A DNA stretch of 62,791 nucleotides, counting the filler, from Rhabdomonas costata (Eukaryota), in NCBI GenBank assembly GCA_019059605.1. It is 23 parts of 23 records of this genome, joined end to end, with 100 filler letters (N's around TTAATTAATTAA, not from the genome) between each part and the next. Parts side by side here need not be neighbours in the genome. Positions count along the whole stretch, not along the records: positions 1 to 2,637 come from JAHMHO010002529.1; positions 2,738 to 5,371 come from JAHMHO010002530.1; positions 5,472 to 8,109 come from JAHMHO010002531.1; positions 8,210 to 10,845 come from JAHMHO010002532.1; positions 10,946 to 13,588 come from JAHMHO010002533.1; 18 more parts are not named here. The stretch is one strand, 5' to 3'. Numbering within the stretch: position 1 is the first letter of the stretch; each line of letters begins with the position of its first letter. The notes below the pieces were generated by a model. It worked only from the letters and a program-made list of their open reading frames with translations, did no database searches and was not told the origin of the DNA. Shown here piece by piece: positions 1 through 12,074 of the stretch. The translations under genes and the position numbers were made by a program.

Positions 1-1914
1 TGTGTGTTGTGTTGGGGCGTTCTGGCAGTTCTGGCAGTAGCGGGGTCGGCACCAAATGACTGATTGATTGATGATTCAACTTTTCGTTGAGGGTGGAGAC
101 ACGTGGACGTTCCCGAGCTCTTTGGTTGCAACAGCAGCACTAAATCAAATATTAGGTGTAATATGACAATTCCTGAATGCAATGATGTTGCTCGGGGGGT
201 GGTGCACATTCGTGGCAGCGAAGGCAGATTAGAACAGTGGAGGGGATAGGTGCCGCTTGCACCCAATGTGTCCACACAGCTGTTTCACTGTGGTTGCCTG
301 GCAACTGCCGTGCTCTCTTTTCCTTTCCCTTGAAAATGCGATAAGTCCCCATATTCCTTGTTGACCCCCAAGACTCCAGCGTGATACCCGTCCCGGGCTT
401 TGTCCGTGTTCTCTGCGAATGGAGGAGCTGGGGGCCACTCACCGCCGGTTGTCTTCCAGTGGGTCGCGCACCTCTAAGGTACTCCCAATCAGCCAAAGCG
501 TGAAGATGTTGAGTATTATGGCAAAACTCGGGTGGCACTTAAAGGGTTGTGGCCCACTCACCACTTGTCTTCCGGCCGGCACCTTCCTCAGATTCATAGA
601 AGATCAAACAATTTGAGCTCAGCGTGGTCATGTGGCTTTTCTTTCGCTGTGGGAAGAGTTCACGCGGTTACCTATTGTACTTCAAGGAGAGCAACCTCAC
701 CGCAACCATTGGAGAGGTAGGCAATCTATGTGCATCTCAGAGCTGTCCCGGGCGTTGATCTGGCCCAGGAAGTTGCGAGGGAGTCGCTACGCACGACTTC
801 GAACCTGGAGATGAAGTTCCAACAAACCCACATTAGGAGTTCTGGTTTCGTTTACAGGAATGCGACGGCAAGAGGACGCCCTCCCCTTCCTCAACTTCGC
901 CCTCCTTTGCGGCGTACGACGACTGCGAGGTGCAGCGCACCTTTCCTTTCCACCTTTTCCAATTCCACCTCACCAATTCCACCATGAATGGGAATGAGCA
1001 AAGCTGTGTTGGTCCAATTGGTCATGTTTTGAGGCATTCCCATTGTCCTGCAACTGGACTCGAGCAACCATGAGCTGGGCTTTTTCATGTTTTTGTATGC
1101 CCCCCCTCCCATCCGAAAGGTGCCCCGGCGTTGTGATACTTGTTGAGATCATTGAGCCAATGACTGCGGTTACTCCACCGAAAATTGTTAGAAGTGGAAT
1201 GTTTACTCTGAGCGACAGGCTTTCCTTTCTCTCCGAAGGCCTTCATCGAATAAAGCGGCCAAGTTCCAAAAATGCTTCCAAAAGGGAAAAAGTTTAGTTC
1301 TTTGTCCGCTCTTAAATAAAAAGGAAACAATTGAATGAAATCATGACGCTACTGCGCGACCCTGCCCCCTTCCCAAGGTTTTCCCCATCAGCCTGATGAA
1401 GTCTCGGTCATGGCCCGGCCCAATGGCGGTGATGACCAGCACCTACCTCCTGTGCCAGTGGCTGGGCTATGTCCTGCAAAATCATTCTGGGGACATCCAG
1501 GCAAGTCTCAGCTATATGCTCAGGTTCGGGCGATGGGGTATTTTCTTCTTTTCTTTTGTCCTTTCTTCAGTTGCAGAATAGCTGTCATTGTCAGCAGTTG
1601 GTCCTGTTGGTCACTCACCTAGGAGTACTTCGCCATTCATTGAAGATATACCTGCAGGACTTTTGATTGGTCAGCCACAATTAGGCATCGAATTGACCAA
1701 ATCACTACCAGCTCAGCCAGTGCATCCATCTCTAGCTTGTCTCTAAGCGAAGCCAATGGAGATACCTTGGGTCGACGTGGGTGGCAGCATTCGTACACAG
1801 CAAAACGCAATATAGACTCCCGAAACCCACTCTTGCTGTCAAGACCTAGGCGGGGTTGGAGATATTCCATGCACACCACGGTATGTGTATAGGATTAGTA
1901 CTATTGGGCGTCAA

Positions 1915-2637
1915 ATGCTCTTCGGTGCTTTGCTGGCGTGCCGGGCGCGCAGGCTGGAGCCTGGTGCTATGCTACAAGAGCTTTGGGCGGGGCTGCTGGA
2001 CGTGCATGCCCTGGCTTTTGTGATGGGCTTCTTCCTTTTCCAGGGGTTGCTGCTGTGGGTCGTCCCTGGGCCTGAGTTTGCTGGCCCCCGAACTGCAAAC
2101 GGGTCTGCGGTTCAGTGTGGGCAATCGGAAATTTTCCTAGCAAGTAATTCATGGGGTAATTCAATTTTCTTAGTATGCGCTCCCGCGTGCGTGTATGTAT
2201 GTGTGTGTGGAGAAGGGTTCTCATTGAAGAGCGGGGGGAATGGAAGCAACAACTTGCTTATATCTTTGTTTACGAGAATGCCAGTCGTCGGTTTTATCTG
2301 CTCATGCCGTACTACTGCGATTTTAACGGGCTTGGGCTTCGTGCTGCCGGCACACACAAAGACACGGCCATGAGACTGCCCGGGGCGCCTCTATTGGAAC
2401 GCACACGTTGCTCGACGGAGACTCGGATGGAAAACGAACGGCGCATAGGCATGCAAAGAGTGAAAAGTCAGAGGATTAAAGTGGTTACCTCTTACCTCAA
2501 ACCTTTGCATCCCCTCCCCATGTAGATCCTCCAACCCGAGAGGTGACGCTTTCGCGCTTTCTGGGAACAGATATGTTCCGGTGTACCGAACCAACGGTCT
2601 GGCCTGCCACCTCCTCACCCTGGCCACCTGGGCCGTT
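1915..2637 (+). CDS. Sterol reductase, ERG4/ERG24/DHCR7 family (7-dehydrocholesterol reductase-like), partial
   Basis: An exon ending at 2102 (FFLFQGLLLWVVPGPEFAGPRTANG) joins across GT-AG intron 2103-2570 to exon 2571-2637 (YVPVYRTNGLACHLLTLATWAV). This rebuilds the family motif PG...GP....G..PxY..NG. The 5' boundary is uncertain and the 3' end runs off the contig. Confidence 0.8.
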
Positions 2638-2737
2638 NNNNNNNNNNNNNNNNNNNNNNNNNNNNNNNNNNNNNNNNNNNNTTAATTAATTAANNNNNNN
2701 NNNNNNNNNNNNNNNNNNNNNNNNNNNNNNNNNNNNN
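2638..2737. other. Artificial contig linker N44-TTAATTAATTAA-N44 (first of 22)
   Basis: Identical 100-bp spacers with six-frame stops start at 2638, 5372, 8110, 10846, 13589, 16324, 19059, 21793, 24528, 27261, 29994, 32726, 35458, 38207, 40940, 43677, 46408, 49139, 51870, 54600, 57332 and 60062. The contigs between them are 2630-2649 bp, consistent with a size-sorted concatenation. Confidence 0.99.
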
Positions 2738-2898
2738 GGTGGGTTGGGCAAAATACAAAGTGGTTCCCGCTCCCAGTCCAGGGGTATCCCCGCGGACGAG
2801 TGCAGCAGGTCCCCGCCATAAGAACAGTACAGGTGGGTGATGCAGGGAAACCCCAGAAGGGGAAAAAAAGAAAACTACGGTGTGTGTGTGTGGCACAC

Positions 2899-4307
2899 CC
2901 ATCCCGGATGGAGAAGGACGACCTTCACTCCCTTGGGTTTTAGGTCGACAGAGAGCGACTTTGCCACCATGTTCAGTGCAGCTTTGGAGCTGCGATATTC
3001 GTAGCTTCCCCCGCTTCTGTTGTCATCAATGGATCCCATCAAAGACGAAATGAGCACCTGTTGTTGGAAACAACAAGTGGAAAGAAAAAAGCAGAAGACG
3101 GAAGTAAAACTGCGTAGCGTCACTGCTTTGTTCTCGGGACCGGCCCGGCAAAAAAAGCGGCCACATTCACACATACCACTGTTTTGGTTGCGGAGAGCAG
3201 AACATTCTCGAGAAACACTTCGGTCATCCTAAACGGAGCCATCGTGTTGATAGCAAAGGCGTCCGCCCAAGCCTTGTAATCCATAGATCCCAAAGAACCA
3301 TGAGGAAAAACTCCTGCACGAACAAACCCAACCAAAAAAAAGATGAATTAGCGATGTTTGCAAAACAAATGTGGAGGTCATGAGACAGAGTTGAAACCAA
3401 AAAACAAAACACGCGGCTTCAAAGGATGACAATTGGGCCGTTGGTTTAAGCATGTCTGAGCAATGAAGAACAACCTGCGTTGTTCAGCAGGACATCAATA
3501 GAAGTGCCTTTCAGATCATCCCGTAACTTAATAATGGAGGCATCGTCATGAAGATCCTGGAAAGTAAAGAGAAAAAAGACGTGAACAGCCCACCAAAAAC
3601 AACAACCATCTATAGTAGGGAGAGAGTTGTAGGGTATGGGTGATGCTTGGATGGAATTTATCCAACCTGTGATAATGGACTAGTTTCTGTTCGTGCCATG
3701 AGGGATCAGCAAAAGTCTTTCTTAATTTCTTTATTTGATCATTTTCAGCTGGATTCCACATAATAAAGCTCAATTCTTCAGCACAGGTCATAACGACCTC
3801 TAACAAGATCCAGATAGACAATGGACGCTCACTTTGTTTTTGGTGGTAGGATAAGGTGCGGGTTTTTTTTTTGACAATGTGAGATAATTGAAAAAGACAA
3901 GAAATTTCGCCAAGCTGCAGCACCAGCAGCCACATCGGGGTATGTTTGGAGAGGCGTTGTTTTCAACGAACATCCAGAACCCACAGCAACAGGCAGATTT
4001 CATTTCGGACCAGTGAGCATGTGCAAGTGTCTGACAAAGTACCGATCAGGGACAGCTTCTTTGCACCACTGGATATGTTTTCTTGTTCAAAAGACAAAGC
4101 CGGTTTTATAAAAACGATTCACACCAGTTTACGGAAATCCACCTTGCCAGGATACCGGGAGAGATCGCCGACCTCGGCCAAGGCTGTGGGATCGCGGCAG
4201 CACGCAAGCACAGACCATCCTTCGGCCGCGTACTGCCGCACAAACTCGGCTCCCAGACCACGGTTTGCGCCAGTTATCAACACTGTTCTTGCAGCCGCGG
4301 TGGCCAT
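2899..4307 (-). CDS. Short-chain dehydrogenase/reductase, C-signal (CsgA)-like, 3' partial
   Basis: Exons 4307-4125, 3556-3475, 3313-3177 and 3057-2899, all GT-AG and in frame. Motifs: TGANRGLG (Rossmann), [16 protein letters not shown], catalytic YRSSK, LHPGW. Confidence 0.93.
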
Positions 4308-6178
4308 TAGCTAACAAATCTCAAAGAGAAACTAAAAAATGACTGCCTGGAAGGAAGAAGAATTTCATTCGCTAACTCTCAGAAACAAGCCAGGGGCTGC
4401 CTCGATTTCCTTCTCTTCCCACAGTGGTAGCCAAGTGTGGGCTCACTCAAGCCCGCCTTTTTCTCCTTGAAATCGAAACCTTCAGAGTTCTACGTTTCAA
4501 CAACTGGCAGACACAGAACCAGACAGGGCAGCGGTTCGTGGACCGGCTGGCCCGGGCACCTGTGCACAGGGGAAGGAAGGAAGGAAGGAAGGAACCAGCT
4601 GAAGCTATCTGGAAGGTGCTTTCTCCAGAGGGGGACCGGGCGATTACCCATCAGTTGGTGTGGGCCCGGCAGTTCCGCCGGAAGCAACTCGGCGGGGTGA
4701 CACCACACTGTGTTTTTTCCGGTACTTCGGTGCAGCTGAAGCCAGTGGATGGGGCCGCTCCTCTTGGAGAGGTGGCGAACAAGGGACTACCAGCTCGGGA
4801 CCCTTTTGAATATTTGCCGAAACGGCACCCAACTTTTGTTTATGGGGTTTGGAGCAAGGCTGCATTGTTGCCAAAAACAAGGCAAAGCGGGAAACTCTTG
4901 TCGGCATAAACAGCGCCAGGTCAATGTTTTACAAAATGAAAAAAAAGTGCTAACAAAAACTCGCGCTTGGGCGGAAGTGCCTGTACCTTTCTGCCATAAA
5001 CCCTATTTCTTTAACCCGCTACAGGCGCCACATAATACAGGACAGATAGAGAACGAATTGCCAGAAAAAAGTATCCTTTCGTCCGCTTGTGGAAGATCAA
5101 GGAGTCGAAAGCTTCCAAAAAAAGTGTCCGCAGCTCACTCATGAAGAAAATGTCTATCACAACGTGAAAAAAACAAAGCTCTGCTTGACATTCCAATCCC
5201 ACATCGGATCCCGTGCCCACTCACTTTCCCATTTTCTCGGGTCTTATTCTGGATTCAAAAAGTTGAGGCAACCTTGCTTTTGTATTATCTGGACATTTGA
5301 GCATAACATGCAACCATGAAACATGCTTAGTGCTCTCTCCAAATGACTTGCTCCCGAAAATAAACACACCCNNNNNNNNNNNNNNNNNNNNNNNNNNNNN
5401 NNNNNNNNNNNNNNNTTAATTAATTAANNNNNNNNNNNNNNNNNNNNNNNNNNNNNNNNNNNNNNNNNNNNGGGGGGTGTGGAAAAAGAAAGGGGAAAGC
5501 TGCACCTGCTGGGGAGTGCATTCAATGCGCCACAAAGGTATTACGAAGACCCAGTGGGGCGACTCTCTCAACTAGTTAATGCCAACTGCCTGGTCACTGG
5601 TAATCCTTTCCTAATTGATTTAGTAGTTTAGTTTAACTGAATTCACTTATCGGTTTGATTGAAGGGCAACAATTTAGGGTGCTCCTTCTGATCGGCGAAG
5701 GGTGGGATACTCTGGAACTCACCCCTGCTGCATACAATCGAGAAAGGCAGAACTGACAACCAATTCTTGTTTTAATGACTGCCTATATATTTCAGCTCTG
5801 TCATTATGGCCTGTGTCCAAAGTGTCCGTCCATTTGGGAGGGCAGCCGCCCTGCCCTCCCACATGGGTCACCATGACTTTATCCCGCGAAACGAGAATAA
5901 TCGAAACGATACGCTTCTAGGAGAAACGCACATCAGTACAAAAAAATCGGGAGCGCGGAAGTGCACTCAATATCACACTAGTACAGCGCAGACACCTTCA
6001 CCCAGCTTGTCCACCTCATACTCACATAGTCCGTGGGATGCCCATTGAAACAAAGAGCAGTGTAAAAACGAAGCACACAACTCGATCGACGCCAAGGGGA
6101 TGGCGACAGCTCTTCTCTCTTCCGGCAGAGCTAAAAATGGCACTGCGCTGGGGGGCTAAACCCCAGTGCACTGCTGCT

Positions 6179-7458
6179 TTACGTGAACTTCTCGATGGTG
6201 TGGCTGAGCTGCACGGTGGAGTCCCCCGTGGCGGCGCCCTCAGTGAAGTTCACCACGAACTCCACCTTCCCCATGGAGCACGCCCCGCTGTTGTCACAGT
6301 AGTACAGGCTGGCAGGGATGCGGATCTGCCCTGCGATGCGAGGGGAGGCCGCACACGGGCACAGCGAAATTCCAGAACTTGGACGACAAGAAGCTCGAAG
6401 GGGCGGCAACAAAAGTGATGCAGCAAAACCATCTGCACACTACGACAGGGGTACACCCACGCAAGCCCGTTAGGAAATGAGGAAGGCGCCCTCGCCTCCG
6501 CTTTTGCCTCCACACTAACATCAGCTTTCCAGAAGAATACGGCAACATATCGAAACTCAAACACTCGGTAAAATGGAAAGGGCATAACTCCGGAAGAAAA
6601 AAAGGGCCAAAACTATAAAACACTTCAGGCATCGAAATCTAAAAAGCGGCTGATGGGTACCACGGAAGAGGAGACTTTGAAGAAAAGGACCTCTGCAAAG
6701 AAAGAGGACTCCGACGGGGCACCGGAGTACTGTGGTCCTCATACAAATTCCAATGCATCGTTTCACAGCAATGCAAAGAGAAGCGTTGACGAGCACGGAA
6801 ATGCCGGGACTCTCTTGGAGATTTGCAGAGCACACACACCCGAGCCGCTTCCGCCCGTGCAGACGATCTCGAACTTCGGCTCTTCAATCGACGCCTCGGC
6901 GGGCTGAACAGAAAAAACAAACCAAGAAAAAAGAACACACAAGCAACAAGTACAATCACGCGGTCAAATCAGCGAGTGAACAAATCGGAAAACAAAAGCA
7001 GGCTGTGGTTCTGAACGTCCAGGCCTCCTTATAAATCAAAGAGCATACACCAGCCACACACATGTCTTGCCTCGTGCTTGGTTTGTGCATTGTGCACACT
7101 TCGCCCGTTTTAAGCTCCTGACCTCTGCTTCGCCCGGTTTTGCTCTCGCGTCCGGTAAGCGTTTGCACGAGCTGAACTAGCACTAGGTCTGGGATGGGGG
7201 GCCCATCGCAACCATGCTCCCAACTGCCGGATCTGTGTCGCTCAGCACCCCACACTCACTCAATCACTCACTCACTCACAAGGCACCCCGGCGCACCGTC
7301 GCGGTGACGCCCGCGGGCGCCTTGACGGTGAACTTGTTGGGAGCCTCCTTGTTGAGGTGGATGTCCGCGCTGGCGAACTGCAGCGTCACCTTCACCGTCA
7401 GCTTGGCGCCTTTGTTCCACGTCGTGGAGCCCACAATCTCCTTCGCCTTGCCGAACAT
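6179..7458 (-). CDS. 125-aa protein resembling the C-terminal beta-sandwich domain of NHLRC2/SOQ1
   Basis: Exons 7458-7297, 6903-6840 and 6330-6179 (TAA) join in frame with GT-AG junctions. Motifs HLNKEAPN and LYYCDNSGAC match my recollection of the NHLRC2/SOQ1 C-terminal domain. Confidence 0.7.
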
Positions 7459-8375
7459 CTTCTTTTTGCAGTGCCGAGAACCGGGGGGATAACGAGAGGG
7501 GGTAGAGGGTGCACAAACGCGAGAGCACAACGGCAAGAACTGTGAAAGAGAGAGGCTCGGCTGTACACAATAAACACACAAGGGATGGAGGCCAGCCGTC
7601 AAGGGCTGCGGAGCTTCATGCTTAACCAAGGAATACCCCGACGAATATGGCCACAGGCAGCGCAAAGAACGCTGGCACGCTGGGCGCGAGCCATTTCGGA
7701 CACTCTTCTTCAAAAACGCGAGGAACGTAATTGAGCTCACTGGTCGCTGATCACTTTCCTCAATTACTTCGGTGTACATGCAGCGCTGCAACGTCCGCTG
7801 TTCCTTATGATAGGTGAAGGGCTGCAACCCACCCCTTCTGGCCACCAATCAAGAAGGGTGGGATTGGCGTCGACTCATTTCGCGTCCTAATTTCCAACAA
7901 CTCTGTCGATATCGCTGGTGCGCAAAGTGGCAGTTGGGGCAGCTCGAGTCCCAAACGGCTCCCCTGAACTTTCTCCCGCGACTCAAAGGTAATTGAAAAT
8001 GTGACGTTTCCAGGGGCCCTCGAGCGAATGCGTTCGAGAAGCCAATAGGGCGCGAGTGCGGAAGAGCACTCGACACACATCAGTAACCCACCATCACCAC
8101 CACCACACANNNNNNNNNNNNNNNNNNNNNNNNNNNNNNNNNNNNNNNNNNNNTTAATTAATTAANNNNNNNNNNNNNNNNNNNNNNNNNNNNNNNNNNN
8201 NNNNNNNNNGTTTGGGTTTAAGTTATTTGGACAGCCGTTTTTATCGCATTTCGGAGGGACATGCTTTTTTCTATGGAATTTTGGTGCTCGTAGCATAGCG
8301 TGTGGTTGAGAGACCGGGTTGCATTGGGTTTGAATGTAAGTGGGAGAGGCATGGGGAGTCGGCGCGGTGTCTCAG

Positions 8376-8955
8376 ACGGTGCCCCCCTTTGAGCGTCGCG
8401 CTGGACGCCGCCGATACCACGGCAAGGCTGTTGGGCGCTGTCGTGGAAGATCTGCTTAGGGTTTCTTTGTTTCTCTCTCTCTATCTCTCTCTCTTGCGCG
8501 CAACCTGTCTTCGAAAAAACAAAGGCGAGCCTTTGCATACATATAAGTAAAGCAGATCCTGGGCATATCACAGTGATCACTGTCCGCGACAAAAAATAAA
8601 GAGAATGAGAAAAGCACTCGAGCGCGGAGGGGGGCAAGCAACACATAGATTTCGTGTGCAAAGGGATTGTCAGACTTGTATCTATGCTATCCTCCAACCA
8701 CCGCTTCTCCAAATCCCCTCAGTTGGGCGACTCCACTCCCTTTGAGGACGGCGAGAGGCAGCGCTTCCTGGCCTTCGTGCGGGTGTGTTCACATCAATGC
8801 AATGAATGCGCATGTGTACCGTATGTATGCAGGTATGTGGGTGAACGTCTGTGTGCAGTATGTGAAGATTGTGTGATGTTTTCTCCTTCCACTGGCTTCC
8901 ACTGGCACCTGCTCACGATACCCAGGACGCTTTGCAAAAAAAAAAGCACATCTGA
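8376..8955 (+). CDS. 3' end of hypothetical protein (three small exons)
   Basis: Exons 8376-8460, 8723-8782 and 8926-8955 are GC-rich, GT-AG flanked and phase-compatible: RCPPLSVALDAADTTARLLGAVVEDLLR/LGDSTPFEDGERQRFLAFVR/DALQKKKHI*. Confidence 0.5.
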
Positions 8956-8993
8956 GTGAAGAGACTGTGCGCATCAGAATGCACGAACTATAC

Positions 8994-10718
8994 TTTGGGA
9001 TGGACATTGCATGACCCTTGTAGAACTGCTTCGCAGTCCACAGAGTCGGGTTAGCCGAGTCTTTGAACCCGTTGGCAAAAGGATTGGGTCGATCTGAAAA
9101 AGTTGGAAATCACAGGAGTTATTGCAAGCAGAAAAGGAACGGAAAATGCACTGCAGAACTGGAAAGGAAAAAACTATCAAGAAACCGTCCGAGGGCCAGG
9201 GGCTGTCCAGCTGGACCTTCTTGATAGCCACCTGAAAGCAGTTGAAAACTGAAAGCTAAAATCTCTCATTAGCACTTGCATTTCCTTGATACCGACGTTG
9301 ATTAGCGGCACGACAGGGAAATCAATAAGCTTTCGTTGCTTTGCTAGCGGGTCGGGTTGGCCGCTTCTGAGCCTCGGACTCCACTGTTCTGGGTTATATA
9401 TCTTCACATTTCGAAGGGGGGCGAGCATCCGGAATTACTGTTAGATGCCCGAATTTGGCAGAAAGGGCAACCAATATGACACAAAAAGCAGTGGCAGCGG
9501 AATATGCAGCTAGACGCTTTATAGACGCTTTCTCTGGAACTGCTTCCTTTTTGTGGGGTTCACTTGCTCAGGATCTAAGGATGAGCAGAGGATCCCCTTT
9601 CACTCACCAAATCAGTTAACTCAACATGGATGAAAACCAGTCCTGCGACACCAACCATTTCATCGGAAAATGCAAGTGGACACCACGCTGTAAGAATGGT
9701 ATACAATAGCTAGGATCCAAATTTTCATGAAAAGAGAATGTTTTCAAATTTTCAATTTTTGAACCGAGAGGAATCGCAGGCATGCTTGGAAAGGCCCTCG
9801 TGCACACTTTGGAGCTGAGTCCTGCTCAGTGCTAACAACACAAACATGTCAGCACGATGCAGGAACGGCAACCAGTGTACACGATGAAAGCAGGACTATA
9901 TTGACAAATACCGGCTGACAAACCAACAGGCACTGCCTGCAGTCCTACATTGAAAACGTATTCCCCGGCCAACAATAACTTACTGGATGGATTACGGAGG
10001 AAAGGCAGATGAATCACAAGAAGGTAACACTGTAAAATCAGAATCTGTGAATTTCTTGACGGCCAAAACAACCTTAAAGCTCTCAAAGCTCTCAAAAGCT
10101 GGCTTGCAGGAGACCCGTGCTTTACAGGCTGGGTCCTGCTCCTTGCACCACCTCTCTATGTGTAAATAGAAGGAGCAGCACTAAAAATAAAGCGACCGGG
10201 AGGGTGACGCCAGGGGCGTCACATTTTTAAACAGAATGAGCCACGCCAAACCAGGCTAAAAGACACCATGAAAAGTTTCGAATCGCTTTAGAAATTTTAT
10301 CAGGATGTTGGTGACCTAATTCGAGCATTTCAAGTGTAGGGTGTTTTTGAAGGGCTTATACCCCCAGGTTCTTGAAAACAAGTTTGAGTTCCTCACGTTG
10401 CGCGTCCTTACCCGCGTCCCTGCCTTTGCCCTCTTCCTGTGCCAATTCCGTTCCACTTTTGCCTGACTTTTTTTTTGTGTCTGTGCAACTGAGCTGTTGT
10501 GACGCAGTGCCGTGATTTCGTCGTTCCAAAAAAAAATCCTTAAAAAAGGAGGGAAGCGAAACGGTAACCTCTTTTTTAGCTGTGGGCTGGCTGTCTTGTT
10601 TGCCTGCTTCCAGCTCTTTTACAGTGTTCTCCAAGGTGGTGAGGCGGACCAGGAGTTTGTCGCGGTCAAGTCGAAGCAGCATTTTCTCTTTCATCGAAGC
10701 CTCATACTTGTGCCGCAT
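8994..10718 (-). CDS. SPAG16: Sperm-associated antigen 16 / PF20 (central-pair WD-repeat protein), internal fragment
   Basis: Exons 10718-10569, 9231-9186 and 9093-8994: MRHKYEASMKEKMLLRLDRDKL (PF20 coiled-coil signature KYE..MKEKML..L.RD), then DSPWPSDDRPNPF, then FYKGHAMSI at the start of the first WD40 repeat. Confidence 0.88.
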
Positions 10719-11509
10719 CTGATATAGAAGAGAAACCCTCCACAAGGAGAACACGACAGCGAACCACATTTCAACGAAAATTGAAAGTTGAGATGTGGTT
10801 GCCTTCACCCAAAACAAAGTGAAACAGAAGTATATTCCAATACCTNNNNNNNNNNNNNNNNNNNNNNNNNNNNNNNNNNNNNNNNNNNNTTAATTAATTA
10901 ANNNNNNNNNNNNNNNNNNNNNNNNNNNNNNNNNNNNNNNNNNNNGTGGGGGTGGGGGAGAGAACCAGTGTTTTTTTCTTCGCCCCTGCTTTATTTTTGG
11001 CAATATCCCATGTTATTCCCGGACAAGAGGGGACAGGAAAACTAGCGTTGTGCTCAGTATTCGAATTATACACGGGCGAGTTTTCACGTTTGTTTTGCAT
11101 CATTTGCTGGCAGGGGAGTGATTTTAAGAATGCGTGGGTCGGCAGCTTCTCAGCCATGGCCTCCACGTCTCCAGGTTATCGAAAAGTGGGAGATTTGACC
11201 CCGGAAAAAGTTCGGGCAGCGTCCACCAGATTCTCCAGCAGTTTTGCTTGCCTTGGTAGGATCGGCCATAACACGACAGACGCACAAAAATAGAAATGAC
11301 TGTCCCTCACTCGCTTTGCTTCTTGTTTCCCCAAACAACGAGACGCACCGGCCTCGTGCGGTTGCCTTTGGGAACATGGTGGTGCCGAGCACGGATCCGC
11401 AAGGTCGTGGCGTTTCCTGTCGATAAAACAGAAAGCTTTGCGGAAAAGCTGTCGACAACACATCCCGACCTCACAAAAAAATAACCCATAAAAGAGGACA
11501 TGCCTGAGA

Positions 11510-12074
11510 TCGGAGAGGTCCTTCTCACGGCATCCACCTCTTCACCATCCTCCTGGCGTTGCTTCCCCCGCGGCTTCCCAGAGTCCTTCGACCCGCGAGA
11601 AGACTCCTCCTCCCCTGCACTTGCAACCACCGGGGATGCTTCCGGAGGGCCCGTTGCGCTCAAAATGGGAGCCGACACGGGCTGCTCCTCAGACGCAGGA
11701 GGAGGCGAAGGCGGGGATGCCGAAGGGCGCCCACTTCTTCCCTCCCCCTCGTCCTCCTCAGGTTCCTCTTTGCGCCGTCCTGGGTCCTTGGCCTTGGCCT
11801 CAACAGCCTCCACCACGTTAGATTCCCTTGCCTCAGGTGACCCTTGTTCACCGGGGGGAAGAGGGGACCTGCTCTCCGGGGTGTTACTGAGTGAAGAAGG
11901 CCGAGTTGCATCCGTGGAAACCACACTTTGGTCTTTGTGCTTTTGCAGTGTTTGTCCTCGGGCTGTCTCGCCTGGGGGGACTCGGAGTGAGGTTGCGGTT
12001 GGTGGTTCGAGCCGCAGGGCTGTAACTGAAGTTTTGTTCGGTTCTGCAGGTGACTCGTTGAGAATGTTGTTGAA
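11510..12074 (-). CDS. Low-complexity (Ser/Pro/Glu-rich) exon of hypothetical protein
   Basis: Polypyrimidine-CAG acceptor before 12074, then a long GC-rich open frame (FNNILNESPAEP...EEPEEDEGEG...EDGEEVDA). The donor position is approximate. Confidence 0.5.

Noticed and set aside
1410-1622. FWGHPGKSQLYAQV...SWSC resembling an LTR integrase Zn-binding domain
   Set aside because: The first His and the CxxC are missing, and no DDE core follows in the right order. Too weak to call.
2682-2693. Regularly spaced TTAATTAATTAA repeats as a CRISPR-like or biological array
   Set aside because: They sit inside N-padding and are an artificial six-frame-stop linker.
3800-3835. KVSVHCL as a micro-exon of the SDR with non-canonical borders
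   Set aside because: A canonical join KVDFRKL/DLHDD (4125 to 3556) already completes the protein.
10204-10228. GTGACGCC-AGG-GGCGTCAC plus T-run resembling a rho-independent terminator
   Set aside because: It lies inside a eukaryotic SPAG16 intron, and an 8-bp stem can arise by chance.
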